Shown in pieces: positions 8,690-18,311 of a stretch of 22,761 nt of DNA. The notes under the pieces are model-generated. The model did not search any database. It saw only the letters and a program-made list of their open reading frames with translations, and had not been told where the DNA came from. Position 1 is the stretch's first letter. Each line of letters starts with the position of its first letter. The stretch is taken from the NCBI GenBank assembly GCA_963847445.1, contig CAWJZV010000031.1:1-22761 (forward strand), written 5' to 3'. The position numbers and the translations under genes are program-made. This DNA comes from an uncultured delta proteobacterium (lineage in GTDB: Bacteria; Desulfobacterota; Binatia; UBA9968).

Positions 8690-10249
8690 CTAGTGCTTGC
8701 AGCTTCAGCTCCCAATTCAAATAATTCAGCATATCTTCCTTGCTGCCGCGGATCGACGGCGACAACACGACGTCGTTGGTTTTGACTAAGCAGTCATCGA
8801 GGCCCGCGGCGGTGTCAAGTCCCGGCAGCCATCCAACGCGCGCACACCGCCGTCGAGCACCAGGACATCGCCGTAACCGACTTGGGCAAGCTGGCGCGCC
8901 GCGAAGATCGATTGCCGCCCGTCGGCACAGGTCAGAACAATCGGCTGCGCGCGATCTGGGAACAGCTCCGGCAGTTTGATGTCGATCCAGCCACGGGAAA
9001 TCCACTTGGCTCCCGGGATGTGAGCGCTTTCATATTCCAAGCTGGTACCGACATCGAGGATCAACCATCCTTCGCTGCGCAGCTGCCGCAGCTTTGTCGC
9101 ATCGATAATCCGCGCACTGCGCTTTGCCGAGTCGAAGCCCAACGGCTCAGCCGCCGTCACACCGGTAACAAGCCTTGCGCCGCTCCCCAGCCACGCTTCC
9201 AGACCGCCTTGCAGCACGCTGACATGCTTGAATCCCATCTGCCCGTACCAGTATGCCGCCATCACGGCGCGCGCCGATTGATTGCTGACAAAAACGATCC
9301 AGCCATTGCGCACCGGGACGAAATCATCGGCGCGCTGCACCGCCTGCCCGCCGGGCACATTGAGCGCGCCGTCGATATGACCAGCGGCGAACTCGGCTTC
9401 GGAGCGCACATCGATAATGTAATTGACGCCATCGGCTGCATGAGCAGTGACATCGCTGAGTTCTTCCGGCGTGGTCCAGGCGAGCTTTTCATCGTCGGCG
9501 ATTTGCCGTGCAGCCGCCACCGCTTGCGCCGCGCTTGCCGGCGTCCCGCCACGCCGCGCAGGTTTGGTTTCCAGTTCGTATCCCGCCAACACCCAACCCA
9601 TGGTGCCGTTGCGCAGCGCGCGCACGTTGGTCAAGCCCAGACGGCGCAACGCCGCGGTGCCGATGATGCTGCGCGTCCGGCCGGCGCAATTGACGATTAC
9701 CGCCGGCTTGTTGCGCAATTCTTCGGCCCAGAGAATCAATTCACCGCCCGGAACATTGATGCCGCCGGGGATGCAAAACCTGCCGTACTCCTCCGGCGTG
9801 CGCACATCGAGGATCGTCAAGATCGCTGTTGCTGTCGAGCAACGATTTCAACTCCTCCGGCGACAAGTCGGGCACTGCGCGCTCGTGATGCACTCGCTCG
9901 CCGAACGCCTTGCTCGGCACGTTGACGCCGCTGACGGTTTCGCGCCGCTCGGTTTTTCCATGCGTCTAAGCCGCCGCGCAAGACTGCCACATCCCGATAA
10001 CCGAGATCGGCCAGAGTATCGGCGGCCAATTCCGCCCGCCTGCCGCCCTCGTCGTAAACGACGATCGGTATTTTTCGATTGGGCACCAAGGCGTCGATGC
10101 GAAACTCGATCTGGCTGCGCGGCAACGAAGTCGCATGCGGAATCTGGCCGTCGTTGTACTCGCCGCGTTCGCGCACGTCGAAGACGGCAAACAAGCCCTC
10201 GGATGCCATCAACTCGGCCGTGTCATTTGGCGCAATCTGTTTTGATCAT
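8690..10249 (-). CDS. Four-domain rhodanese-related sulfurtransferase (~520 aa); ~5 frameshifts
   Basis: Stitched: MIKQIAPNDTAELMASEGLFAVFDVRERGEYNDGQIP...; SGVNVPSKAFGERVHHE; ILDVRTPEEYGRFCIPGGINVPGGEL...VNCAGRTRSIIG...LRNGTMGW; IIDVRSEAEFAAGHIDGA; ILDVGTSLEYESAHIPGA...TCADGRQS; ends MLNYLNWELKL. The stop (TAG 8692-8690) is inferred. Confidence 0.88.
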
Positions 10250-10352
10250 ATGCGTCGATTCTCTCCCAACTGCCAAGAAAACTTGAACCGATTAGACGGA
10301 TTCTGTTCTACTTGGCCCAGCAGCAAATTCAAGCGCTCTCCTGGAGGATCTC

Positions 10353-11313
10353 ATGGCAGCGATTCACGACAAATTCACCGGTCTATTTATCCCCTATGTC
10401 ACGCCGTTTAACCAAGACGGTTCCTTGGATGGCGAGAGCCTGTCCCGATTGACCCAACATTTCGCCGCTCTGCCCGGTGTCGCCGGCCTGGTTTCCTGCG
10501 CGCGCATCGGCGAGAGCCCGGTTTTATCGATTCAGGAAAAACGCCAGGTCTACGAGGTCTGCGGCAAGATCGCCCGCGACGCCGGCAAAGTCCACATCGC
10601 CACCATCGCGCCCCAATCCACCGACGAAGCGGTCGCGCTCATGAACGATCTGGAAAATCTCGCCGTCGATGGCGTGATGATCTTTCCCGCCACTGCTTTT
10701 TTCCTGGGGCAAGGTCGATAACAATTTGAAAGTGCGCTTCTTCGAAGATCTCGCGCGTGAAACCAAGCTCCCCGTGGTGCTGTTTCAGATCCCGGTAAAA
10801 AGCTATTACTACGATCCCGACACCATTTGCCGCATCGCCCGCTTAGAAAATGTCGTCGCCTTTAAAGAGGCCTCCTTCGATATCGAACTATTTACCAACA
10901 CCGCCAAGCAATTGCAGCGCGACAAATCCCCGATGCGAATCCTCACCGGCAACGACCGTTTCGTCGCCGAGAGTTATCAATTGGGCGCCAATGGCGCGCT
11001 CATCGGCGTCGCCAACGTCGCCACGGAAAAATGGGGCGCCATGGATTTCGCCGGCCGCGCCGGCAAGTTCGATGAAGCGTTTCGAATCCAGAAAGAACTG
11101 GAGTCGGTGAAAGAACTGGTCTTCAGCGAACCGATCGTCGAAGCCGTGGCGCGCATCAAAGCCGTGCTGCACGACGAAGGGTTAATCAAAACCGCCACCG
11201 TGCGCCGCCCGCAGTTGGGCATCTCCGAAGCGGAAAAGAAACAACTGCTCGAAAGTTACCGCGCCCTCAAGAGCAACGAGTTCCGCCCCCAAAGCGCCCA
11301 TCAAGCGGCGTAG
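10353..11313 (+). CDS. Dihydrodipicolinate synthase (DapA/NAL) family aldolase/lyase, probably not true DapA; frameshift ~10686
   Basis: GGAGG RBS. FTGLFIPYVTPF, CARIGESPVLS, DGVMIFPPLLFSW, LPVVLFQIP, NVVAFKEAS (Schiff-base Lys), ILTGND, TATVRRP. Confidence 0.9.
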
Positions 11314-11333
11314 CAGAGAACAATCAAAGACCT

Positions 11334-11493
11334 TTCACCACGAAGGTTTCATGATGCTTACGCTCGTCTACCGAAAATGAAAATGGATGAGTTCGGCTCC
11401 CGGGCAATTCGCCGCACGCGGCGCAAAACGAAGGCACGAAGGATTCGGAAAATATTATTCCGAACTTCGTGCTCTTCGCGCCTTCGCGGTGAA
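11334..11493. repeat. Periodic palindromic element (CACGAAG-type unit) interrupted by an ~80-nt insert
   Basis: Outer ends TTCACCACGAAGG (11334) and CCTTCGCGGTGAA (11481-11493). Inner part ACGAAGGCACGAAGGATTCGGAA-aatatta-TTCCGAACTTCGTGCTCTTCGCG. Confidence 0.75.
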
Positions 11494-12804
11494 CACAATC
11501 CTTGCTTTATTTTCGACTGCTACTACTCCGCGCTCCGGACTGGGGATCACCAGGGCGAACAGTGCGATGGTCACCGCCAGTAACACCATGGCGCTGATCG
11601 CCAACGACCAGTGAATGCCGATCAGTCCGCCGACGACGCCGACGGTGACGCCGCTGAAGGCGCGCAGGCCATTGTTAGAAGTATTGAACAGACCGATCAG
11701 CCGGCCGCGCAGCTGCGGCGGCGCTTGCAACTGCACCAACGTCTGCGCCATCGAGAGAAACGCCAGGTTGAGCACGCCGGAGCCAAATAGCAGCGCCAAC
11801 GCGAGCAGGTAGTTGGTCGCGGCGGCGAAGCCGACAATCGTCAAGCACCACAGGATCGAACAGATCGCCGCGTTGCGCGCATTGGCCTTGAGCCAACCGG
11901 TACCTTCCAGGAGCAAGCCACCGACCGCCGCGCCGCCGGCGCTGGCGCCGAGCATGATGCTGTAGGCCAAGTCCTGCTTATCGTGGCCGAAGTCATGGGC
12001 AAACTCCGGCATCTGCGCTTGGTACGCATTACCGACCAGCAACGACGTCGCGCCGCCCAACAAGATCATCGATAGGATCGTCGGATTAGACGCGGTTTCG
12101 CGCAGCAGTTGCAACGCGCTGCCGAGACTTACCCGGCCGGCTTTCGGCGCATTCGGCTCATCCCGGCCATGGCCGGTGTAGGGCAGGATGAACAGGTAGA
12201 TAATTGCCGGCAGGTACATCAATACATTGATGAACAGTCCGGCCGGCCCGCCGAACAAGAGCATCGTCGCGCCGCCGACGGCGGGACCGAAAAGAATCGC
12301 GATGTTGCGCCCCGTGGAGTTCAACCGCACCGCGCTCTGCAAATAATCCCGGCCGACGATGTCGTGAATGATCAGCTGGCTGGCCGGCTGGCCCAACACG
12401 CCCGACAAACCGTGCAGCACCAGCAGCGCGCAGGCATGCCACACTTCGATAGTGTCGGTGAGAAACAAGATGCCCCAGGCAAGCGATACCAAGCCGTACA
12501 TGGCTTGGGCGGTTTGGATCAGCCGGCGGCAATCATGGCGATCCGCCAACGCGCCGAAATAGACGGCAAAAAATAGAAACGGCGTCCAGTGGCTAATGAC
12601 GGCAAAGCCGGCCAGCACCGGCGAGTGAAATTTTTGATAGAGCAGCCAATAGCTGATGACATGCTCGATGTTGTCGCCCATTTGGGCCAGCATGATGACG
12701 AAGAAATATTTGCGATAGTCGGGATGATGCAGCGCGGCGAAAGCGACACGGCCGGCGGATCTGGCTGCCGGCGCATCGCTCGGAGAATTAGTTTTTACAG
12801 TCAT
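11455..12804 (-). CDS. MFS transporter (MFS_3/EntS-like), last gene of the tandem array
   Basis: ATG 12804 (MTVKTNSP...). AFAALHHPDYR, GALADRHDCRRLI (motif A), SAVRLN, LVQLQAPPQLRGRLIG. About 12 hydrophobic segments. Confidence 0.93.
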   Translation of the reverse strand: MTVKTNSPSDAPAARSAGRVAFAALHHPDYRKYFFVIMLAQMGDNIEHVISYWLLYQKFHSPVLAGFAVISHWTPFLFFAVYFGALADRHDCRRLIQTAQAMYGLVSLAWGILFLTDTIEVWHACALLVLHGLSGVLGQPASQLIIHDIVGRDYLQSAVRLNSTGRNIAILFGPAVGGATMLLFGGPAGLFINVLMYLPAIIYLFILPYTGHGRDEPNAPKAGRVSLGSALQLLRETASNPTILSMILLGGATSLLVGNAYQAQMPEFAHDFGHDKQDLAYSIMLGASAGGAAVGGLLLEGTGWLKANARNAAICSILWCLTIVGFAAATNYLLALALLFGSGVLNLAFLSMAQTLVQLQAPPQLRGRLIGLFNTSNNGLRAFSGVTVGVVGGLIGIHWSLAISAMVLLAVTIALFALVIPSPERGVVAVENKARIVFTAKARRARSSE

Positions 12805-12896
12805 TCGTCGAATTACTCGCTGGCACTTGCACGACGGATGAGGGCGAAACGTATGCAAGCGCAGACGAAATCGTTCTGAGCACGGCTTGCATCAGA

Positions 12897-14153
12897 TTAA
12901 CCCGACTCCCCTTGCCGCAAGCCGGGAATCGCGAAGGCAAAAAGCACCAGCGTTATCGTCATGAGCACCATCGCGCTCAGTGCCAACGACCAGTGCACGC
13001 CGATCAAGCCGCCGACCACGCCCACCGTGAGTCCGCTAAACGCCTTGAACCCCATGCTCGCCATCGAGTACAGGCCGATCACCCGGCCGCGCAGCGCCGC
13101 CGGCGAGCGCAACTGGACGATGGTCTGGGCCATCGAGGAAAAAGTAAGATTCAACAAGCCGGCACAAAAGAGCAGTAACAAGGACATGTAATAATTCTCC
13201 GAAAGCGCGAAGGACGCGATGGCGACGCACCAGAGGATCGCGCTGATGAACGCCGTCTTGACGCTGGGCGGCAGCCACGCTCGGCCTTCGAGGACAAAGC
13301 CGCCGACCACCGCGCCCGCGGCGTTGGCACCGAGCAGCGCGCTATAGGCTAGGCCAGCCTTTTCGGTGCCGAGGTCATGGGCAAACTCGGGCATGGTCGC
13401 TTGGAACGCGGTGCCGACAAAGAACGACACGCAGGCGCCAAGAATCACCATGGTGACGATCGGCCGGTTGTTAGCGACTTCGCGAAGCACCTGGATCGCA
13501 TCGCCCCAACCAATGGCGCGCCGCGCCGGCGCGGCACCCTCGCGGCTGTGACCGGTGTAGGGCACGGTCAGGAGCCAGATCGTCAGCGGCAAATAAATCA
13601 AAGTATTCACCACCAAGCCGACCGATGGACTGAAGATTAACATCAACCCGCCGCCCACTGCGGGACCGAAGAGAATTCCCAACTGCCGGCTTGTCGAGTT
13701 GAGACGGATAGCGCTCTGCAACTGCTCGCGGCCAACAATGTCGTGAATCAAGAGCTGGCTGCCGGGCCCCCACAGCACCCCGGCCATACCGTGGACAATC
13801 AGCAAAACGCAGGCATGCCAAAGCTCAATCGTATCGGTCCAAAAAAGAAACGCCCAAGCCGCCGACACACTCATGTACATGATCTGCGCCACTTGGATGA
13901 CCTTGCGGCAATCGTAGCGGTCGGCCATGGCACCGAAATAAACCGCAAATAACAGGAACGGCGTCCAGTGACTGAGCACGGCGAAGCCGGCCAGCACCGG
14001 GGAATGAAATTTCTGATAGAGCAGCCAGTAGCTGATCACATGCTCGATACTGTCGGCCATCATGGCCAGCGCCGTGGTCCAAAAATAACTGCGAAAGTCC
14101 TTATGATGCAGCGCCGCGAAGGCAAGCTTTTTTTGCGGTTCAGCAGTTGCCAA
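12897..14153 (-). CDS. MFS transporter (MFS_3/EntS-like), middle gene of the tandem array
   Basis: TTG 14153 follows a GGAG RBS (ORF track starts at 14165). AFAALHHKDFR, GAMADRYDCRKVI, IVQLRSPAALRGRVIG. Confidence 0.93.
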   Translation of the reverse strand: MATAEPQKKLAFAALHHKDFRSYFWTTALAMMADSIEHVISYWLLYQKFHSPVLAGFAVLSHWTPFLLFAVYFGAMADRYDCRKVIQVAQIMYMSVSAAWAFLFWTDTIELWHACVLLIVHGMAGVLWGPGSQLLIHDIVGREQLQSAIRLNSTSRQLGILFGPAVGGGLMLIFSPSVGLVVNTLIYLPLTIWLLTVPYTGHSREGAAPARRAIGWGDAIQVLREVANNRPIVTMVILGACVSFFVGTAFQATMPEFAHDLGTEKAGLAYSALLGANAAGAVVGGFVLEGRAWLPPSVKTAFISAILWCVAIASFALSENYYMSLLLLFCAGLLNLTFSSMAQTIVQLRSPAALRGRVIGLYSMASMGFKAFSGLTVGVVGGLIGVHWSLALSAMVLMTITLVLFAFAIPGLRQGESG

Positions 14154-14266
14154 GACAATCTCCAAGACTTTTTAGATTATCTTCCGACAGTAGCCAATAT
14201 CGAATGGCGACGCAAACAAACGTTAGATTCGAGATCGAAGGGCTGAACTCGCCGACTCTTTTATTC

Positions 14267-14359
14267 CGTCATTCCGGCGGAGGCCGGAATCCAGATTTCA
14301 TATAGCCGCCACGGCGATTCAAGAAACGAAGATGGATGCCGGTTTTCACCGGCATGACG
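14267..14359. repeat. CGTC-type REP doublet
   Basis: CGTCATTCCGGCGGAGGCCGGAATCCAG (14267-14294) and an inverted copy TGGATGCCGGTTTTCACCGGCATGACG (14333-14359), each with its own hairpin. Confidence 0.82.
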
Positions 14360-14485
14360 AATATCGGCTCTTCGCCTGAAAGAGAACGATTTCTACAACC
14401 CTGAGAAATGAATCGAACTGTCAAAAACCGGGGAACGCTAATCAATTTTTGCTGGAACATTCGCCGATGAATTTGAACATCCCAT

Positions 14486-15778
14486 TCACCCAGGCTCCAC
14501 CGCCGTCTGGCGCTGCTGGGCGAAGCCGAACAACGCCAAGGTCACGGCGAGCAGGACTAGCGAGCTCAGCGCCAGCGACCAATGCACGCCGATCAGTCCG
14601 CCGATAACCCCGACGGTGACACCGCTAAAGGCACGCAGACCGAACGCCGACATCGAGAACAAACCGATCAAGCGGCCGCGCAAGTGCATCGGCGCTTCCA
14701 GTTGCACGATGGTTTGGGCGATGGAGTAGAAAGCGAGATTCAACGCGCCGGCGATAAACAGCAACGTCAATGACAGCGGATAGCTGTTGGAAAAGGCGAA
14801 CACCGTCATCGTCAGACACCAAAAAATCGCGCAGCCGATCGCCGCTTTCACCGTCGGCGGCACCCACTGCTTGCCGTCGAGGACAAACCCGCCGAACACC
14901 GAACCGGCGGCATTGGCGGCGAGCAGCGCGCTGTAGGCGAAGTCGGCCTTGTCGGTGCCGAGATCATGGGCGAACTCCGGCATGCTCGCTTGGAACGCAT
15001 TGCCGACAAACAACGACGCCGCGCCGCCAAGAACGATCATCGTCACGATGGAGCGGTGTTGCGCGACCTCGCGCAGCACGCCAAAGGCGTCGCGCCATCT
15101 CAGCCCGCGGCGCGCCGGCGCGCCCTCGCGCAAGTGGCCAGTGTAAGGGACGAGCATCAACCAGATCGTAAACGGCACGTAGATGAGCGCGTTGATCAAT
15201 AGACCCGCCGGCGCGCCTAACCACAGCATCATGGCGCCGCCCACCGCCGGACCGAAAAGAATGCCAAGCTGGCGCGCGGTGGCGTTAAGCCTGACTGCGC
15301 TCGGCAAATCGTCGCCGCCGACGATATCGTGAATCAGGAGAATCTCGGCCGGAGTCCAGAACACCCCGGCGATGCCGTGAATGACGAGAAGAACGCAGGC
15401 GTGCCAGATTTGAATCGTGTCGGTCAAAAACAATATCGCCCACACCACCGTCACGCCCATGTACATGATTTGCGCGATTTGAATCAGCTTGCGGCAGTCG
15501 TAGCGGTCGGCCAAGCCGCCGAAATAGACCGATAGCAAAAGAAACGGCGTCCAATGGCTGATGACGGCGAACCCGGCGAGCACCGGCGACTGAAACTTTT
15601 GAAACAACACCCAGTAGCTGATCACATGCTCGATGTTGTCGGCCATCATCGCCAGCATGGTGGCGCTAAGAAACCAACGGTAGTCTTTATGCTTGAGCGC
15701 CGCAAAGGCGACTTTCGGCTTCGACGTATTCGCAGTTGTCGAGGTACTTGGGTTGCGTGATTCCAATGCGGTGTCCAA
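14486..15778 (-). CDS. MFS transporter (MFS_3/EntS-like), first gene of the tandem array
   Basis: AFAALKHKDYR, MMADNIEHVISYW, GGLADRYDCRKLI, IVQLEAPMHLRGRLIG. The TTG start is uncertain. Confidence 0.93.
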   Translation of the reverse strand: MDTALESRNPSTSTTANTSKPKVAFAALKHKDYRWFLSATMLAMMADNIEHVISYWVLFQKFQSPVLAGFAVISHWTPFLLLSVYFGGLADRYDCRKLIQIAQIMYMGVTVVWAILFLTDTIQIWHACVLLVIHGIAGVFWTPAEILLIHDIVGGDDLPSAVRLNATARQLGILFGPAVGGAMMLWLGAPAGLLINALIYVPFTIWLMLVPYTGHLREGAPARRGLRWRDAFGVLREVAQHRSIVTMIVLGGAASLFVGNAFQASMPEFAHDLGTDKADFAYSALLAANAAGSVFGGFVLDGKQWVPPTVKAAIGCAIFWCLTMTVFAFSNSYPLSLTLLFIAGALNLAFYSIAQTIVQLEAPMHLRGRLIGLFSMSAFGLRAFSGVTVGVIGGLIGVHWSLALSSLVLLAVTLALFGFAQQRQTAVEPG

Positions 15779-15929
15779 TGGGCCAACGGTAGAATTTCAA
15801 ACTAACGGATATTTCCCATCGGTGCAAACCTGAGTGCTGCGCATCGTTGTCTATAAAATATTTGCCTTGCCTTCCCGCGCCGCTTTTGGGAGAAACGAGA
15901 GAGCGCTTAGGCAACATCGAGGCATCACC

Positions 15930-17201
15930 CTGAAAACTCTTCGGCAATTTTTATCCCGGCCTTTTATCGGTTGGCGCATGGTCGGCCTGGTCTCGGCGCT
16001 GCGAGTGCTCGGCGGCGGGTTGCATAACTACGGCTTCACGGTGTTCTTTTTGCCGCTCAGCCAGGACTTGGGCTTGAGCCGCGCCGCGACCTCGCTGGCA
16101 TTTTCCCTCGCCCGCGCCGAGGGTGCTCTCGAAGGCCCCTTCGTCGGTTATCTCATCGACCGCTTCGGTCCCCGGCCGATCATCCTGGTGGCGACCATCC
16201 TCTGCGGCTTGGGATACATCATGCTCGCCTGGGTCGACAACTACACAAATTTCCTCATCGTCTATCTCGGTGTCATCTCGCTGTCGTTCACGCCCGGCTT
16301 CGTCCACGCTTCCATGGCGGTGGGCAACACCTGGTTTATTCGATACCGGGCCCGCGCCATGACGGTGATCAGTTCGGCCGTGCCCATCGGCGGCACGCTC
16401 TTGACGCCGCTGCTCGCCATCGCCGTGCAAAACTGGGGCTGGCGTTGGGGCGCGATTATCGCGGGAGTGCTATTTTTAGTTATCGGCATCCCCATCGGCA
16501 TCGGCGTGCGACCGTCGCCCGAAAGCATGGGACTCCTGCCCGACGGCGACGCGCCGCGAACGGCAGCAAGCACCAGCGGCAAGCCGGAAGATGCTTCGGA
16601 GGAGAAAGCCGCCGACCAAGACCCCAGCGTGCGTCAAGCGATGAAGACCAAGGTCTTCTGGTTATTCACCATCGGCATGACCGTGCGCGTGGCGGCCTAC
16701 AGCACCATCAGCGTGCACTTCATACCGATCATGGTCTGGAAAGGCTTGACCCAGGAACACGGCGCTTACTTGCTCGCTGCTTTCGCATTTCTGAATTGGG
16801 CCGCCCACTACGTCATCGGCCCTCTGGCGGATATGATGAATCGTCCCAAGCTGCTTGCCGGCTGCATGTTGGCCGCGGCAGGGTCGATACTGTTGCTGAT
16901 CTGGGGCGACGGACTCTGGCCGCTTTGGCTATTCACGATTCTCTTCACCGCCATCGATGCATCCTTTCCCGTCGTCTGGGCCACCATCGGCGACTTCTTC
17001 GGCCGTAAATATTTCGCCACCATCCGCGGCACCATGGCGTTCTTCTACACCTGGGGCGGCGTCATCGGCCCGGTCGTCGCCGGCGCAATCTACGACCGCA
17101 GTCAAAGCTACGTGACGACACTATGGGGACTTTGCGGCTTGCTGGTGCTCGGGACCATTCTCACGGCAATGCTGATCAAACCTTGGGAAGGGAGACCGTA
17201 G
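15930..17201 (+). CDS. MFS transporter (OFA/MCT-like), divergent from the triplet
   Basis: FIGWRMV, FTVFFLPLSQDLGLSRA, GYLIDRFGPR (motif A), GDFFGRKYFATIRG, GAIYDRSQSY. Start uncertain: CTG 15930 after GAGG, GTG 15834, or ATG 15978. Confidence 0.92.
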   Translation: MKTLRQFLSRPFIGWRMVGLVSALRVLGGGLHNYGFTVFFLPLSQDLGLSRAATSLAFSLARAEGALEGPFVGYLIDRFGPRPIILVATILCGLGYIMLAWVDNYTNFLIVYLGVISLSFTPGFVHASMAVGNTWFIRYRARAMTVISSAVPIGGTLLTPLLAIAVQNWGWRWGAIIAGVLFLVIGIPIGIGVRPSPESMGLLPDGDAPRTAASTSGKPEDASEEKAADQDPSVRQAMKTKVFWLFTIGMTVRVAAYSTISVHFIPIMVWKGLTQEHGAYLLAAFAFLNWAAHYVIGPLADMMNRPKLLAGCMLAAAGSILLLIWGDGLWPLWLFTILFTAIDASFPVVWATIGDFFGRKYFATIRGTMAFFYTWGGVIGPVVAGAIYDRSQSYVTTLWGLCGLLVLGTILTAMLIKPWEGRP

Positions 17202-17208
17202 GAAACAG

Positions 17209-17300
17209 GATCGAATGAGGTAGAAGATCGAGAATTGAAAATGCAGATCGCAATTGAGGGATCGCGATCGTCAATTTTCCATCTCTCCATCTCATCCATT
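17209..17300. repeat. Degenerate periodic palindrome (~7-nt GATCGAA/TCCATCT units) between convergent genes
   Basis: GATCGAA..GATCGAG AATTGAA..GATCGC AATTGAG on the left; TCAATTT TCCATCT CTCCATCT CATCCAT on the right. Confidence 0.4.
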
Positions 17301-17304
17301 GTCT

Positions 17305-18211
17305 TTATCCCCTCGTCTTCGACATCTTCGGATCGAGGGCGTCGCGCAGAGCGTCGCCGAGCAGATTGAAGCTCATCAAGGCGAAGAAAATAAACAGTCC
17401 CGGCAGAAATACTTGCAACGGCGCGATGAAAATATTGGTCGCGGCATTGGTGAGCAGATTGCCCCAACTCGGCGTCGGCGGCTGGATGCCGAGACCGAGA
17501 AAGCTCAACGTGGTTTCGGCGCGAATCGCCGCGCCGGCATCGAGCGTCGCCGATACGATCAGCGGCCCCAGCGCATTGGGCAGCAAATGGCGCAACATCA
17601 CGCGCCACCGCGACGCGCCGAGACATTGCGCCGCCAGGACAAACTCTTGCTCGCGAAAAGACAGCACCGCGCTGCGCGCCAAGCGCGCCGCGTTGGTCCA
17701 TTCCAGAGCGACGAGAATGATGATGATGTTGAGCAGACCCGGCCCGGCCAGCTTGGACAGGACCAACAGCAGGACAATGCGCGGTATGGTGTAAATGACG
17801 TCCACCAGGCGCATGAGAGCATTGTCCAGCGCGCCGCCGACGTAGCCGGCTAGAATGCCGATCAATCCGCCGATCAGAACGGTGCTCAGCGCCACCGCCA
17901 ATCCCACGGTCAAGGAAACCCGCCCGCCATGCATGATGCGCACCCAAGTATCGCGCCCGAGCTCATCGGTGCCGAGCCAGTGGCGCGCCGACGGCATCTG
18001 CATGCGCTCCGACAGCGACACTTGATCCAGTTCGATAGGGAACCAGATAAGGACCGACAATCACCGCGAGCAACAAAGTCACAAAGAAAAAGAAGCCGAC
18101 GTAAGCGACTCGGTGCTGTTTGAAACGGCGCCAAACGACCCGCCAGTAGCCGGCCGGCTCGGTGCTACGCACAGGGTTCAGCTGGACTATCGCTGGATTA
18201 TCGACAGCCAT
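17305..18211 (-). CDS. dppC: ABC peptide/nickel transporter permease, DppC/OppC type; frameshift ~18038
   Basis: GYWRVVWRRFKQHRVA (OppC N-terminus), HWLGTDELGRD, GGRVSLTVGL, EAA loop REQEFVLAAQCLGAS, LSFLGLGIQPPTPSWG. Confidence 0.92.
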
Positions 18212-18220
18212 TGTTCACGT

Positions 18221-18259
18221 CTCCCCACTCTTCTTTCCTCCCCGCGTATCACGGGGGAA
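18221..18259. repeat. Degenerate REP-like hairpin between dppB and dppC
   Basis: CTCCCCACTCTTCTTTCCTCCCCGCG-TAT-CACGGGGGAA: pyrimidine leader plus an imperfect CCCCGCG/CACGGGG stem. Confidence 0.35.
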
Positions 18260-18311
18260 TTTGGATGAAGGTTCGTGGGCTGCGCTTTGTGGTGAAACTG
18301 CATGTCATCAA

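Noticed and set aside
8882-10286. Long plus-strand ORFs (347 aa and 279 aa) and similar antisense ORFs such as 19390..20157, 18720..19442 and 21449..22063
   Set aside because: They are shadows of well-supported opposite-strand genes in GC-rich DNA, with no recognisable motifs.
10353-11313. Calling the gene dapA
   Set aside because: The GTTGE and catalytic Tyr motifs are altered and there is no lysine-pathway context.
12820-12840. Sigma54 promoter (TGGCAC) in the MFS intergenic spacer
   Set aside because: There is no TTGC at the required -12 spacing, and it points away from the adjacent gene start.
14269-14460. 63-aa ORF between MFS genes containing VMPVKTGIH and SGFRPPPE
   Set aside because: These peptides are translations of the CGTC REP doublet.
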